Of a stretch of 64,000 nucleotides of DNA, positions 38,191 through 50,728 are shown piece by piece (position 1 is the stretch's first letter; the number at the start of each line of letters is the position of its first letter). The stretch spans positions 3,968,001-4,032,000 of the forward strand of contig CM059433.1 in the NCBI GenBank assembly GCA_030390025.1, written 5' to 3'. The translations under genes were made by a program, and so were the position numbers. The notes beneath the pieces are model-generated. The model did not search any database. It saw only the letters and a program-made list of their open reading frames with translations, and had not been told where the DNA came from. Origin of the DNA: Squalus acanthias (Eukaryota).

Positions 38191-39028
38191 CATACTCGGG
38201 CTCTGGACCCCACTGGAGGAGATCTTCAGCTTGGACCTGCAGGAAGGAAAAGTTCAATTAAAAAATCTATGTTGACCCCCAGGCTGGAGGCTGGGGTCTC
38301 GGGCGGGGGAAAGAGGGGGTGGCGTCAGGTTTGTGGCTCACGGATTTCCAGGGCATAGCCTATCACCTCACATGTATGGAAGTCACAATTGGGCTGTTCT
38401 AGTGCGTCACAAACAGAATATCCACTCCATTTAGTACCTTGCCACCACAAGTCACTGTATTTCTTTCCAATTTTCTCCACTCCTCTCCTGAAGGCAATGC
38501 TTCATGCTGGGTTCCAACACGCATTGGGAACTAAAGACCTGCTGTACACTTTCCAGCAAGAGTCACGAGAGAGCACTGAGGAGCAGTAGCCCTGGTTGAT
38601 TTTTTTTTTCTCTTCTCAATATGGGGATGGTGAAGTCAATTGTATTGCCCCCACCATCGCCACGGCTGAGAGCAGTAAACTCACGGATCAAGGCCTGGAT
38701 TCTCCTCTTCCTGCCCAGGCTGGTTCATGGTGGGTCTCGGTCCACCGTGACCCTGGTCCATCTGCCAGCGAGTGAGCGGAAGCCTGCCACTGCATGGATG
38801 GAAACTTCTGCCGGTGCAGCAGTGGGACATCGGTTCAAGTGTGCGCAGTAGATTGGTTCCAGGCGGCTTGGAGAGCCATTTATTGTGTGTGTGATGTTGA
38901 ACAGATATTGAGGTTCTCTCACATGATAATAGCGTGTTATCAAAATTCTCAATATACCAGTTTACAAATTTATGTTTTTCAACAGATCCCACAGCAGTTC
39001 AAGTGTATCTAGTAAATAGTGGAGACAT

Positions 39029-39440
39029 ACAACAACAACAACAACAACAACAAGTTGCATTTACAAAGTGCCTTTAACGTAGTAAAATGTCCCTGCCCTG
39101 GGAGTGTTTGATGGGACAGTGTGGAGGTTGGAGGAGACTACAGAGATAGGAAGGGGCGAGGCCATGGAGGGATTTGAAAACAAGGATGAGAATTTTGAAA
39201 TCGAGGCGCTGCTTAACCGGGAGCCAATGTAGGTCAGCGAGCACAGGGGTGATGGGCGAACGGGACTTGGTGCGAGTTAGGACACGGGCAGCCGAGTTTT
39301 GGATGACCTCAAGTTTACCAAGGGTGGAATGTGGGAGGTCAGCCAGGAGTGCGTTGGAATAGTCAAGTCTAGAGGTAACAAAGGTATGGATGAGGGTTTC
39401 AGCAGCGGATGAGCTGAGGCAAGGGCGGAGACAGGGAAGG
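39029..39440 (-). mobile_element. L2-clade LINE 3' fragment with an internal deletion and filler
   Basis: ORF 39074-39451 has L2 motifs and a (TTG)n tail. About 280 bp are missing relative to the 16786 copy and are replaced by ~35 nt of foreign sequence. Confidence 0.9.
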
Positions 39441-39442
39441 AC

Positions 39443-39595
39443 TAGAAACATAGAAACATAGAAAAATAGGAGCAGGAGTAGGCCATTCGGCCCTTCAAGC
39501 CTGCTCCACCATTCAATATGATCATGGCTGATCCTCTATCTCAATACCATATTCCCGTTCTCTCCCCATACCCCTTTGATGCCTTTTGTGTCTAG
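39443..39595 (-). mobile_element. CR1 (HER1-like) 3' tail fragment
   Basis: (TAGAAACA)n tail and 3' UTR. Confidence 0.85.
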
Positions 39596-40457
39596 GAACA
39601 CCGGTTTGATCCCTGACCTTTGTTGAGTTAGTTGATTTTCCAGGCCAGAGAATTCGAAACGCTGTGAATCGGGTGCAGTGACCTCCATGCTTAACTCTTT
39701 AGGCTGCCCAAGCAGGGCACTGCGCCAGCAACAGAGCCTCAAGGTTCACACGGGTAGAACTGACCACTTGGCAATGCATCAGAGGGTGACCAATGTCACA
39801 AAACTATATCAGAGCCGGGAGTCAAAGACTTCAGGAGTGGGGAGGAGGGAGAAAATTAGTGAGAAAGACATTTGTTTTAATAAAGGTTTTGCCAACACTT
39901 TGTGGCCCCAATTCTGAGGCCTCCGTTTGGCGGGAAGGGGACGGTACTGCCCCGAACGTTGCGATGCAGAACTTACTGCCCTGATCCTGCTCCAAACCTG
40001 TCTGCTGCATTCTGCTGAAGGCCTTCATCAGAGCAGCCCAGACACGCACCTGCTCCAAGCAGGACAGTATATTTAATATGGAAATCAGGGTCCCACCCTG
40101 GTTCTAGGAACCTGATGCAATTTTGAGGTGCCAATGGGGAGAGCATGCTCCACCCATTGGTACTAAGCATTTGAGCAACCTAACCAGTTCCTCCAGGCCC
40201 CACAATAAACCTTCTGGCCCACCCTATTGGAGCGGCAGGATTCCCTACCCCCTGACCTCCGACCTCCGCCTCAAATGGGCCAGCTGCCTGTGAGGGTTGG
40301 ATCAGCGCTCGCAGCTCGACGTTCATGTTGCCACGGGAGGAGAGCGTTACAACGGGTGAGGACATCGGGCAGTCAACGCGAGCAGAGATCCCGACGCCCA
40401 CCCGACCTCCACCAAAAGGTTAACAATCGGCCCCTGTTACTGTGGGCTGGTCAACTT

Positions 40458-40772
40458 TAGAAACATAGAAAAATAGGAGCAGGAGTCGACCATTCGGCCC
40501 TTCGAGCCTGCTCCGCCATTCAATATGATCATGGCTGATCCTCTATCTCAATACCATATTCCTGCTCTCTCCCCATACCCCTTGATGCCTTTTGTGTCTA
40601 GAAATCTATCTATCTCCTTCTTAAATATATTCAGTGACTTGGCCTCCACAGCCTTCTGAGGTAGAGAATTCCACAGGTTCAACAACTTCTGAGTGAAGAA
40701 ACTTCTCCGCATCTCAGTCCTAAATGTCCTACCCCGTATCCTGAGACTGTGACCCCTCGTTCTCGACCCCCC
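40458..40772 (-). mobile_element. CR1 (HER1-like) 3' fragment
   Basis: SRTRGHSLRIRG...LWNSLPQKAVEA with 3' UTR and tail. Confidence 0.92.
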
Positions 40773-40925
40773 AGAAAAGAAAATGTCCAAAGTACAAAAA
40801 TGCACTTTGAGAAGGCACCTATAGAATAGTGAAACAAAACCAAACTGAGTTTGCTTTTACAACGATGATTTTTTCTTCACTCTAAATAAGAACTTTTGCC
40901 TGAAAGGATCACAATCAGGATTTTA

Positions 40926-42220
40926 TCCTTAGCTCAGTGGGTAGCGCTCTTATCGCTGAGTCAGAAGGTTGTGGGTTCAAGCTCCGCTCCAGAGACTTGA
41001 GCACATAACCTAGGCTGGCGCTCCAGGGCAGGACTGAGGGAGCGGCGCACTGTCGAAGGGGCGGTACTGAGGCAGTACTGCACTGTCGGAGGGGCAGTGC
41101 TGAGGGAGTGCGGCACTGCCGGAGGGGCAGTGCTGAGGGAGTGCAGCACTGTCGGAGGGGCAGTACTGAGGGAGTGCTGCACTGTCGGAGGGGCAGTGCT
41201 GAGGGAGCGCAGCACTGTCGGAGGGGCAGTACTGAGGGAGTGCTGCACTGTCGGAGGGGCAGTGCTGAGGGAGCGCCGCACTGTCGGAGGGGCAGTACTG
41301 AGGGAGTGCGGCACTGTCGGAGGGGCAGTACTGAGGGAGTGCTGCACTATCGGAGGGGCAGTACTGAGGGAGCGCTGCACTGTCGGAGGGGCAGTGCTGA
41401 GGGAGCGCCACACTGTCAGAGGGGCAGTGCTGAGGGAGTGCTGCACTGTCGGAGGTGCAGTACTGAGGGAGCGCTGCACTGTCGGAGGGGCAGTGCTGAG
41501 GGAGTGCGGCACTGCCGGAGGGGCAGTACTGAGGGAGCGCTGCGCTGTCGGAGGGTCAGTACTGAGGGAGTGCGGCACTGTCGGAGGGGCAGTACTGAGG
41601 GAGAGCCATACTGTTGGAGGGGCAGTACTGAGGGAGCGCCGCACTGTCAGAGGGGCAGTACTGAGGGAGTGCTGCACTGCCGGAGGGGCAGTGCTGAGGG
41701 AGTGCTGCACTGTCGGAGGGGCAGTACTGAGGGAGCGCCGCACTGTCAGAGGGGCAGTACTGAGGGAGTGCTGCACTGCCGGAGGGGCAGTGCTGAGGGA
41801 GCGCCGCACTGTCGGAGGGGCAGTACTGAGGGAGCGCCGCACTGCCGGAGGGGCAGTGCTGAGGGAGTGCGGCACTGTCGGAGGTGCCGTCTTTTTGGAT
41901 GAAATATCAAGCCAAGGCCCCGTCCGCCCTCTTAAGTGGGTGTAAAAGATCCCGTGGCACTTTTCAAGGAAGAGCAGGGAGTTCTCCTGGTGACCTGGCC
42001 GTTTTTGCCCTTCAACCGACACGTCCAATACAGATTATCAGCTCATTTATCTCATTGCTGTATGTGGTACATTGCTGTGCATATATTGGTTGCTGTTTTT
42101 ACTCATATTACAACTTCACTTGATTACACTTCAAAAAGTACTTAATCGGCTGTGAAGCACTTTGCGATGGCGTGAGGTCATGAACGGCGCTATATAAATG
42201 CAAGTTCTTTCTTCTTTCTT
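40926..42220 (+). mobile_element. Deu-domain tRNA-SINE with an internal tandem expansion
   Basis: A box at 40930, B box near 40974; normal body resumes at about 41885 (GGTGCCGTCTTT) and ends GCTATATAAATGCAAGTTCTTT. Confidence 0.9.
41026..41885. repeat. 33-bp minisatellite, about 26 copies (GGGCAGTrCTGAGGGAGyGCnGCACTGyCGGAG)
   Basis: Visible directly, with 11-aa periodicity in overlapping ORFs. The unit occurs once in the other SINE copies. Confidence 0.97.
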
Positions 42221-43054
42221 AATATCATGTGAAGTACTTGTCAAACAGTAAATCGACTTCAGGATCATTATCCTTTTCTTCAAATCCATCTACAGTCTCG
42301 CTGCCCTTTCCCCTTTACATCTGAGACCAATCTTTCAGTCATTGTGCCCCAGCCTTTTGGAATTCTTTCCCAAAACCACACTTTACCTTTATACGTCCTC
42401 CCCGGCCATCAGGTTACTAAATATGTTTGGCTGTGCCTTCACATTTTCCTTTCTTCCCCACCCACGCCCACCCCCCCAATTCCAGATTATCCATCTTTTC
42501 TTGCTTGACATACATCTTTCCACTTTGTTAAGTGCTCTGTGGCATCATCTTTCACATGAGGAACGCTATATAAATAGAATCACAGAATGATACAGCACAG
42601 AAGGAGGTCATTCAGCTCATTGTGCCTGTGCCGGCTCTGAGAAAGAGCTCTCCCATTAGTCCCACTCCCCTGCTCTATCCCCGTAGCCAGGACCATGGTT
42701 TAACATCTCATCCTAAAAGAGAAGTTGTTGGTACAGTAAAGAACGCTGCATATTTCAAACATAGGAAAGATGAATCAACGTTTAACTGCTTGAGACTCAA
42801 ATGATCCACGTATAGATGGGTTTCAATTAAATTCTTTAGTAGAAAATAGATGGAACTTACATTAAAATTGAATGAAAATTGGGCAGGTTCTCTGACGGAC
42901 GGGCAATCCACTCTGCTAGTTTACCACCCAAGGTGAAAATGACCCCCCCCCCCGGGGAAGTCAAGAGCTGGTGCAGTAATTAGGCCAAGCTTAGTGCATG
43001 ACCCCTTCCTCACCCCACTACTTGCAGTCGTGTTTTTAGCCGCATAGGCCCAAT

Positions 43055-43522
43055 CAAGAAGCTCGACACTATCCAGGACAAAGCAGCCCGCTTGATTGGC
43101 ACCCCATCCACCACCTTAAACATTCACTCCCTCCACCACCGGCGTACCGTGTCTGCAGTGTGTACCATCTACAAGATGCACTGCAGCAACTCGCCAAGGC
43201 TTCTTCGGCAGCACCTCCCAAACCCGCGACCTCTTCCACCTTGAAGGACAAGGGCAGCAGGCGTATGGGAACACCACCACCTCCAAGTTCCCCTCCAAGT
43301 CACACACCATCCTGACTTGGAAGTATATCGACCGATCCTTCATCGTCGCTGGGTCAAAATCCTGGAACTCCCTCCCTAACAGCACTGTGGGAGTACCTTC
43401 AGCACACGGACTGCAGCGGTTCAAGAAGGCGGCTCACCACCACCTTCTCGAGGGCAATTAGGGATGGGCAATAAATGCTGGCCTTGCCAGCAACGCCCAC
43501 ATCCCATAAACGAATAAAAAAA
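43055..43522 (+). mobile_element. Family A LINE 3' fragment
   Basis: Matches about 6100-6560 including the tail. Confidence 0.95.
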
Positions 43523-45269
43523 CCACTCTGGAATTAGTTTAAAAATAAGTACTATTTACGTCGTTTATGCAGGATTTCTGTGGATTTCGTGCTGAAGTTA
43601 CAGCAGACGACCAGGAGATCCCCATGGAGATTAGTGACGAAGGTGTTATGGTGTAACTAATGTTGGAAAAGGTGAGCATTTGAAAATCTCAATCACAGCG
43701 CCACCTGTAAGCGTAACAGGTATTGCAGGGAAATGTGGCCGCTTGGAATGGGATTTTTTTCATAGGAGCAGGTTGACAGAAGAATATTCAATGCATTTTG
43801 AAATGAAATGTTGTGACCGCTCTACCATTTAAAAAATATAATAGATTAGATCAGATGTGTATAAGTTACTCTCCCATTTTTATCTGTCATTTAAAAAAAA
43901 GTTATGATCCGTAAAGTGTATCAAGCTAATCTCCTTTACGTGTGAAAATGCAATTTATATGCTAAATATTACAGTAAATAAATACTGATTTCAGCAGGCA
44001 CCAAACATCTTTTAGCAATGAGACTCACGTCAGTAATGGACAGAATTCTAATGCAGAGGCAGACCTACTGACAATAAAAATAGAAAATGCCAGAAATATC
44101 ACTGGTGGTGCATCTGAGAAAGGGAAAGGCTTCCTGACATCTTGAGTGTAACAGATCCTCTTTTATATTTCCAGAATTTTTCTGTTTTTTTTTATTTTGA
44201 ATTTCCAGTGTTTGTAGTTTTCTCCTTTTAGAAACAACAGAGATTTGAAAATCAATATTGTGCAAGAATAGTAGAAGAATTTGACAGTGCTGTGATCGCC
44301 AGTCACAGCAGTTTTTTAAGCAGGGGGATTTTTCTTTTCTTTAGTAGTCAGAGTATTTTGCTGCCTGCCATAATCTTTGTGTTAGAAGTACCGAGACACA
44401 GAAGCAGCAGTTGACAGAGTATACCTCCCTCTGTACACCCTCTATTATTTTGTTGCAGTAGAGCATTTGATGCAATTCTGAATCTCAGTGTATCAAAAGC
44501 CGGGGAGTCCCTACGGCCCACATTTCTGTTTTCCTCCACAGCTCAAACACTACTGATATTTTGATGTGCTTCATAAAATTCATCCGAGTCAAATTTTTCT
44601 AATTGAGGATTTAATTTCTTGTGGATATCTTCTAAGGAGATACCCGGCAGTCAGATTTCCTCATTAATTATGTTCGTGCAAATAATATATTTAGCTCCTG
44701 GCACAAATACGGAAAAGATCCCTTCGCCGAAGGAAACACGTCGGCCCTGATCTTCCACGGACTTTATGCGGCTGCACCGTCACAACTTGGCCTGAGGTGT
44801 GGCGGAAGCGGGGTTTCCCCGGGTTTACACGATCCCCGCTCTTCCGGAGCGGCCGCTTGTAATCGCTGACCAATTTTTGTTCAACTGAAATCGATGAGAT
44901 GAAAATAGCGCGGGTTCGACAACAGGGTGTCGATCGGCTCTGTCAGGTCACCGCCCGCATGACAAAGTGGAAAATGACCCCCCAAAAATGCGTAATATGA
45001 TTGAGCTGTGAAGACAGCTCTCAGCTGACGGCAATTTGCGTTTCGGAAGGCAGTCTCACGTCGCTTGGCTTTGCAACAGCTGCAGTATAACTACAATCAG
45101 TGCAAAGCAAAAGCAGTCCAACCGCCTGGGACCATCTGAAACTTAATTTTTAAGGCCTGGTTTTAACACCCTGCCTGGCAGGAAGGGTGCCGACGGGAGG
45201 GGAGCGGGGTTTAGATGGCAAGGGGGGGTAGCGCCACGTTCTTGATGTGTTCTCCCCGCCCGCCCCAGA

Positions 45270-47188
45270 GCCTTCTTGAACCGCTGCAGTCCGTGTGGTG
45301 AAGGTGCTCCCACAGTGCTGTTAGGGAGGGAGTTCCAGGATTTTGACCCAGCGACGATGAAGGAGCGATGATATATTTCCAAGTCAGGATGGTATGTGAC
45401 TTGGAGGTGAACTTGGAGGTGATGGTTTTCCCATGCGCCTGCTGCCCTTGTCCTTCTAGGTGGAAGAGGCCGCGAGTTTGGGAGGTGCTGCTGAAGAAGC
45501 CTTGGCGAGTTGCTGCAGTGCACCTTGTAGATGGTACACACTGCAGCCACGGTACGCCGGTGGTGGAGGGAGCGAATGTTTAAAGTGGTGGATGGGGTGC
45601 CAATCAAGCTTTGTCCTGGATGGTGTCGAGCTTCTTGAGTGTTGTTGGAGCTGCACTCATCCAGGCAAATGGAGAGTATTCCATCACACTCCTGACTTGT
45701 GCCTTGTAAATGGCGGAAAAGCTTTGGGGAGTCAGGAGGTGAGATACACGCCGCAGAATACCTAGCCTCTGACCTGCTCTTGTAGCCACAGTATTTATGT
45801 GGCTGGTCCAGTTGAGTTTCTGGCCAATGCTAGCCCCCAGAATGTTGGTGGGAGATTCTATTATAGTAATGCCATTGAATGTCAAGGGGAGGTGGTTAGA
45901 CATTCACTTGGGGATGGTCACTGCCTGGCACTTGTGTGGCGCAAATGTTACTTGACACATATCAGCCCAAGCCTGAATGTTGTCCAGGTCTTGTTGCATG
46001 CGGGCATGGACTGCTTCATTATCTGAGGAGTTGCGAATGGAACTGAACACTGTGCAGTCATCAGCAAACATCCCCATTTCTGACCTTATGTTGGAGGGAA
46101 GGTCATTGATGAAGCAGCTCAAGATGGTTGGGCCTAGGACATTGCCCTGAGAAACTCCTGCAGCAATGTCTTGGGGCTGAGATAATTAACCTCCAACCAC
46201 CACAACCATCTTCCTTTGTGCTCGGCATGACTCCAGCCAGTGGAGAGTTTTCCCCCTGATTCCCATTGACTTTAGTTTTACTAGGGCTCCTTGATGCAGC
46301 ACTTGGTCAAATCCTGCCTTGATGTCAAGGGCAGTCACTCTCACCTCACCTCTGGAATTAAGCTCTTTTGTCCATGTTTGGATCAACGTTGTAATGAGGT
46401 CTGGAGCTGAGTGGTCCTGGCAGGACCCAAACTTGGCATCAGTGAGCAGATTATTGATGAGTAAGTGCTGCTTGATAGCACTGTCAACGACACCTTCCAT
46501 CACTTTGCTGATGATTGAGAGTAGACTGATGGGGCGGTAATTGGCCGGATTAGGCTCGTCCTGCTTTTTGTGGACAGGATGTACCTGGGCTATTTTCCAC
46601 TTTGTCGGGCAGATGCCAGTGTTGTAGCTGTACTAGAACAGCTTGGCTAGAGGCACCCGATGCTGTTGCTGGCATGCTCTTCTACACTCTCTGTCTATAA
46701 CATGCTGCTTCTGCTGTTTAGCCTGCATGTAGTCCTGTGTTGCAGCTTCCCCAGGTTGCCACCTCTTTTTTTTAGGTGCTGCTCTGGGAATGCTCTTCTG
46801 CACTCCTCATTGAACCAGGGTTGGTCCCCTGGCTTGATGGTAATGGTAGAGTGAGGGATATGCCGGGCCATGAGGTTACAGATTGTGGTGGAATACAATT
46901 CTGCTGCTGCTGAGGGCCCACAGCGCCTCATGGAAGCCCAGTTTTGAGCTGCTAGATCTGTTTTGAATCTATCCCATTTAGCACGGTGGTAGTGCCACAC
47001 AACACGATGGAGGGTGTCTTCAGTGTGAAGACGGGACTTCATCTCCACAAGGACTGTGCGGTGGTCACTCCTACCAATACTATCATGGACAGACACATCT
47101 GCGACAGGTAGATTGGTGAGGACGAGGTCAAGTAGGTTTTTCCCTCGTGTTGGTTCTCTCACCACCTGTCGCAGGCCCAGACTGGCAG
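45270..47188 (-). mobile_element. Family A LINE internal fragment (both ends missing, internal deletion) embedded in an old MITE (about 45153-47580)
   Basis: ORFs 46695-47240 (APE C-terminus), 46186-46503, 45904-46122 (FADD), 45604-45903 and 45143-45607. Confidence 0.92.
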
Positions 47189-48062
47189 CTAGTCTCGAAC
47201 CCGAAAGCAAAAGCTTGCAGCAGAGCAGCACACTGGCCACAGAAGTAGGACTGCTCCTCCTGGCTTGACAAGGCTATCTTGGGCCTCACCTGACCCGACC
47301 TTCCCCAACCCCCCACCCTCACCTCACCCGATCGCAAACCTTCCTGATCCCCTCACTTACTTTGCCGGGACCGTATCCTTGGGTCCCCATGGGCGGCAGC
47401 CTGGCCCTCTGCAGATATTAACACCAGCCCGCCGGCAGTGGCAGGATTCCCGCCGGCTCAGGTCGGAGACAGCGCCCTGACATGGACAGGAAGCTGCAAG
47501 GTTAGAATGGCCTGGGCCTCACTCTGAACACTTCATGGGGGCATTCCCTCCCGCCCCGCAGCCTGAGTTACATTCGTGCCTTTAGCCTGTTTGATGTCTG
47601 CAGGGAGCTCACTGTCCCATCAGCTCCTCACTAACATTTGAACATAATCTGCATTTGGAGGCCAGTGAGTTTTGTGCAAAGTGCTTCACTTTCCCTGACC
47701 AGAAAGCAAGGTGGGGCTGATAGTTTAATCCTGGTCTACTGGCTCCACATGGGTCTAAGAATGTCACAGTCTGTAGCCAGTACCTGCAGTACAGCTGATC
47801 CCTCATTCTCATGTATTGACATTTAGGTTATTGTCAGATTTTCAATTGCCACAACTGTTTACTTTCCATGTCATCAGCAAGGAATATGAATTGATTAGTG
47901 AGGAATTCAATGATTGGCAGTTGACAATATTATAGCTTATTTGGAGAAGGGCTTTTTTACTATATATTTTTAAAACAATCCAGCTTCCACAAAAAAAGTT
48001 GTTTACAGCAAATATAATTTATCTTACACCATTTGAAAAGAATATGTGGCAAACCATTGCCA

Positions 48063-48998
48063 CAATAAGGTCAGAAGTGGGGATGTTCGCTGATGACTGC
48101 ACAGTGTTCAGTGCTATTCACAACTCCTCAGAAAATGAAGCAGTCCATGCCCGCATGCAACAAGACCTGGACAATGTTCAGGCTTGGGCTGATAAGTGGC
48201 AGGTAACATTCGCGTCACACAAGTGCCAGGCAATGACTATCTCCAACAAGCGAGAGTCTAACCACCTCCCCATGACATTCAACGGCATTACCATCGCTGA
48301 ATCCCCCACCATCAACATCCTGGGGGTCACCATTGACCAGAAACTTAACTGGACCAGCCACATAAATACTGTGGTAACAAGAGCAGGTCAGAGGCTGGGT
48401 ATTCTGCGGCGAGTGTCTCACCTCCTGACTCCCCAAAGCCTTTCCACCATCTACAAGGCACAAGTAAGGAGTGTGATGGAATACTTTCCACTTGTCTGGA
48501 TGAGTGCAGCTCCAACAACACTCAAGAAGTTCAACACCATCCAAGACAAAGCAGCCCGCTTGATTGGCACCCCATCAACCAACTTAAACATTCACTCCCT
48601 CCACCACCAGTGTACCGTGGCTGCAGTGTGTATCATCTACAAGATGCACTGCAGCAACTCGCCAAGGCTTCTTCGGCAGCACCTCCCAAACCTGCGACCT
48701 CTTCCACCTAGAAGGACAAGGGCAGCAGGTGCATGGGAACACCACCACCTCCAAGATCCCCTCCAAGTCACACGCCATCCTGACTTAGAAGTATATCGCC
48801 GTTCCTTCATCGTCGCTGGGTCAAAATCCTGGAACTCCCTCCCTAACAGCACTGTGGGAGCACCTTCACCACACGGACTGCAGCGGTTCAAGAAGGCAGC
48901 TCACCACCACCTTCTCAAGGGCAATTAGGGATGGGCAATAAATGCTGGCCTTGCCAGCGACGCCTACATCCCATAAAAACGAATTTAAAAAAAATAAA
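48063..48998 (+). mobile_element. Family A LINE, 5'-truncated copy with the frame still open
   Basis: ORF 47999-48928 is open from IRSEVGMFADD to HHHLLKGN*, followed by an A-rich tail. Confidence 0.96.
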
Positions 48999-49669
48999 AA
49001 ATAAGGGATACAGGCTCATATTTAACCCCTCCATTCCCACAATCAGAGGATGTGGGTGCTTTAAACAACTCTGGAGAAAAATAAAATCATTTATTAAAAT
49101 AATCACATCAGTATTAAATAACAAACCATAATAGTAATTTTAATATTTAAATTTCTTCTTAATTATTTAACCTTGAGGTCAGTTACCAGAAAACTAATAC
49201 AAGTGGAGGATACACTATGAACGGTAATAATGCAATACTCAGACATTAATGTAAAACAAACGGAAAGGTGTCAAGAAGCATCGATAACCTTGCATTGTAT
49301 AAAAGAAAATGCCGCAGAAAAGAAACCATCATAACAGAGTTGTGCAATAGCTTGGACTTGCAGTGCTGTTTAGTTATACAGTTTGTACTGTTCAATGGTT
49401 TAAACCCACCACTCCTGATATGTCTGAATTTATATCGTGGAGACCCACCCCCACATCAGTCCTTTAGTGTTGGGCTGGGAACAAGGAATGATGTGGGCGT
49501 ATCCCGAACTATGTCGATTATCATTTTAAAAACAAGCGAGCAAATAATTCGAAATCCAAGGGTCCATGGGGAAGTCCTGCAGCTTTTTATTTTACTGGAG
49601 TGGATGTGCTAGGAATGTAAGGCAGGGAGTTACCTTGAAGCAGTACTTCTCCACAGCACTGAACGCAGG

Positions 49670-49855
49670 CGGCTAGATCGTGACTTTGTGCGTTAGTGTA
49701 AAACGGGTAACAGCGAATTGGCAGCCCGTTTTACAGCTCTCCCGATTCTTATATCCATGGAAATCAATCGAAATATATGTGGGGAGAGATGCAAAACGGG
49801 CTTCCGACTCCCTAGCACCCGTTATATACTATCGCACAAAGTCAAAATGACCCCC
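49670..49855. mobile_element. Short palindromic MITE
   Basis: TGACTTTGTGCG...CGCACAAAGTCA and AGCCCGTTTT...AAAACGGGCT nested inverted arms. Confidence 0.7.
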
Positions 49856-50254
49856 GGTGTAATTATAACCCTTATAATATGATGCTCACCAACAGTTCGC
49901 CGACAGTTTTCCTTCTGCCCCTGCTGAGTATTTGCTGTAACAATCCCCCTCCCCTACATCATCCGTCGTAGTGCAGTAGTTCAGCAGGCTGGATGCAGGT
50001 TTCCACAGTGAGCCCCGCAGTTGCAATTATTTTAAAAGCCAACGAAGAATAAAGCAAATAAATAGCAGAAAAGTGATGAGGAGATAAGTCTGCATTGCCC
50101 ATTGTATCTTAATCAGGCGCTAACCAATTTCTAGACCAATCCCGATGTAGTTTCTGTTCGGTACAAAGCTGTGTTGATGATGTACAAATACTACCTTTCC
50201 CTCAGGATGCTGTGTTAACAATTGTCAATGTGTTCTCTCTGTTGCTGTACTATG

Positions 50255-50728
50255 AGCCCGATATTTACGGGGAGATGGGGAGGGCGAGGGAGAGCACGGT
50301 GAAAACCCGGCAAGGCCGGGGACACAGAGCTCCTGACAAGTTAACGGCAGAACCTCATTAGCATTTTTTTCTTCCGTTGCCCCGCCCGGCAGCCAGACAG
50401 ATTGACTAACCTGGCCAGCGGGAAAACCAGCGGCAGGAGACCGCAGCCGGGGGGACCCTTGGGGACGGTCCCCGGCGACCGGGAGGAAGGGAGCTACACA
50501 TCGGGGCTTGTGGGGGGGGAGGTGGCCGATTGCGGCAGGGGGAGAGAGAGGCCGCGATCGGCAGAGGCTAGGCTGAAGGCTTCCTCGAGGGACCCAGGGG
50601 GGAGCACTCCTGCTCTTCCTGGCCCACAAGGAGTGCTGTAAAAAGCACTTACCTTCTTGAGCCGGCAGCTCCCGCCTCACTCTCAATGCCGGGTTTCCCG
50701 AGCACTGGGGAACCCGGCCATTAACCCG
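50255..50728. mobile_element. GC-rich Harbinger-type MITE, one end truncated
   Basis: Starts AGCCCGATATTTAC with a CpG-rich body like the other MITEs; abuts a CR1 tail at about 50735-50835. Confidence 0.5.

Noticed and set aside
40930..40990. tRNA genes at SINE heads (also near 7695, 8500, 24520, 32230)
   Set aside because: The A/B boxes continue into SINE bodies, with no complete cloverleaf or terminator.
41026..41885. CRISPR-like array
   Set aside because: Contiguous tandem units with no unique spacers, no cas genes, and a vertebrate context.
40961..42028. 355-, 282- and 264-aa repetitive ORFs (mucin-like or Cys/Arg-rich)
   Set aside because: They are translations of a 33-bp minisatellite inside a SINE, open in several frames on both strands.
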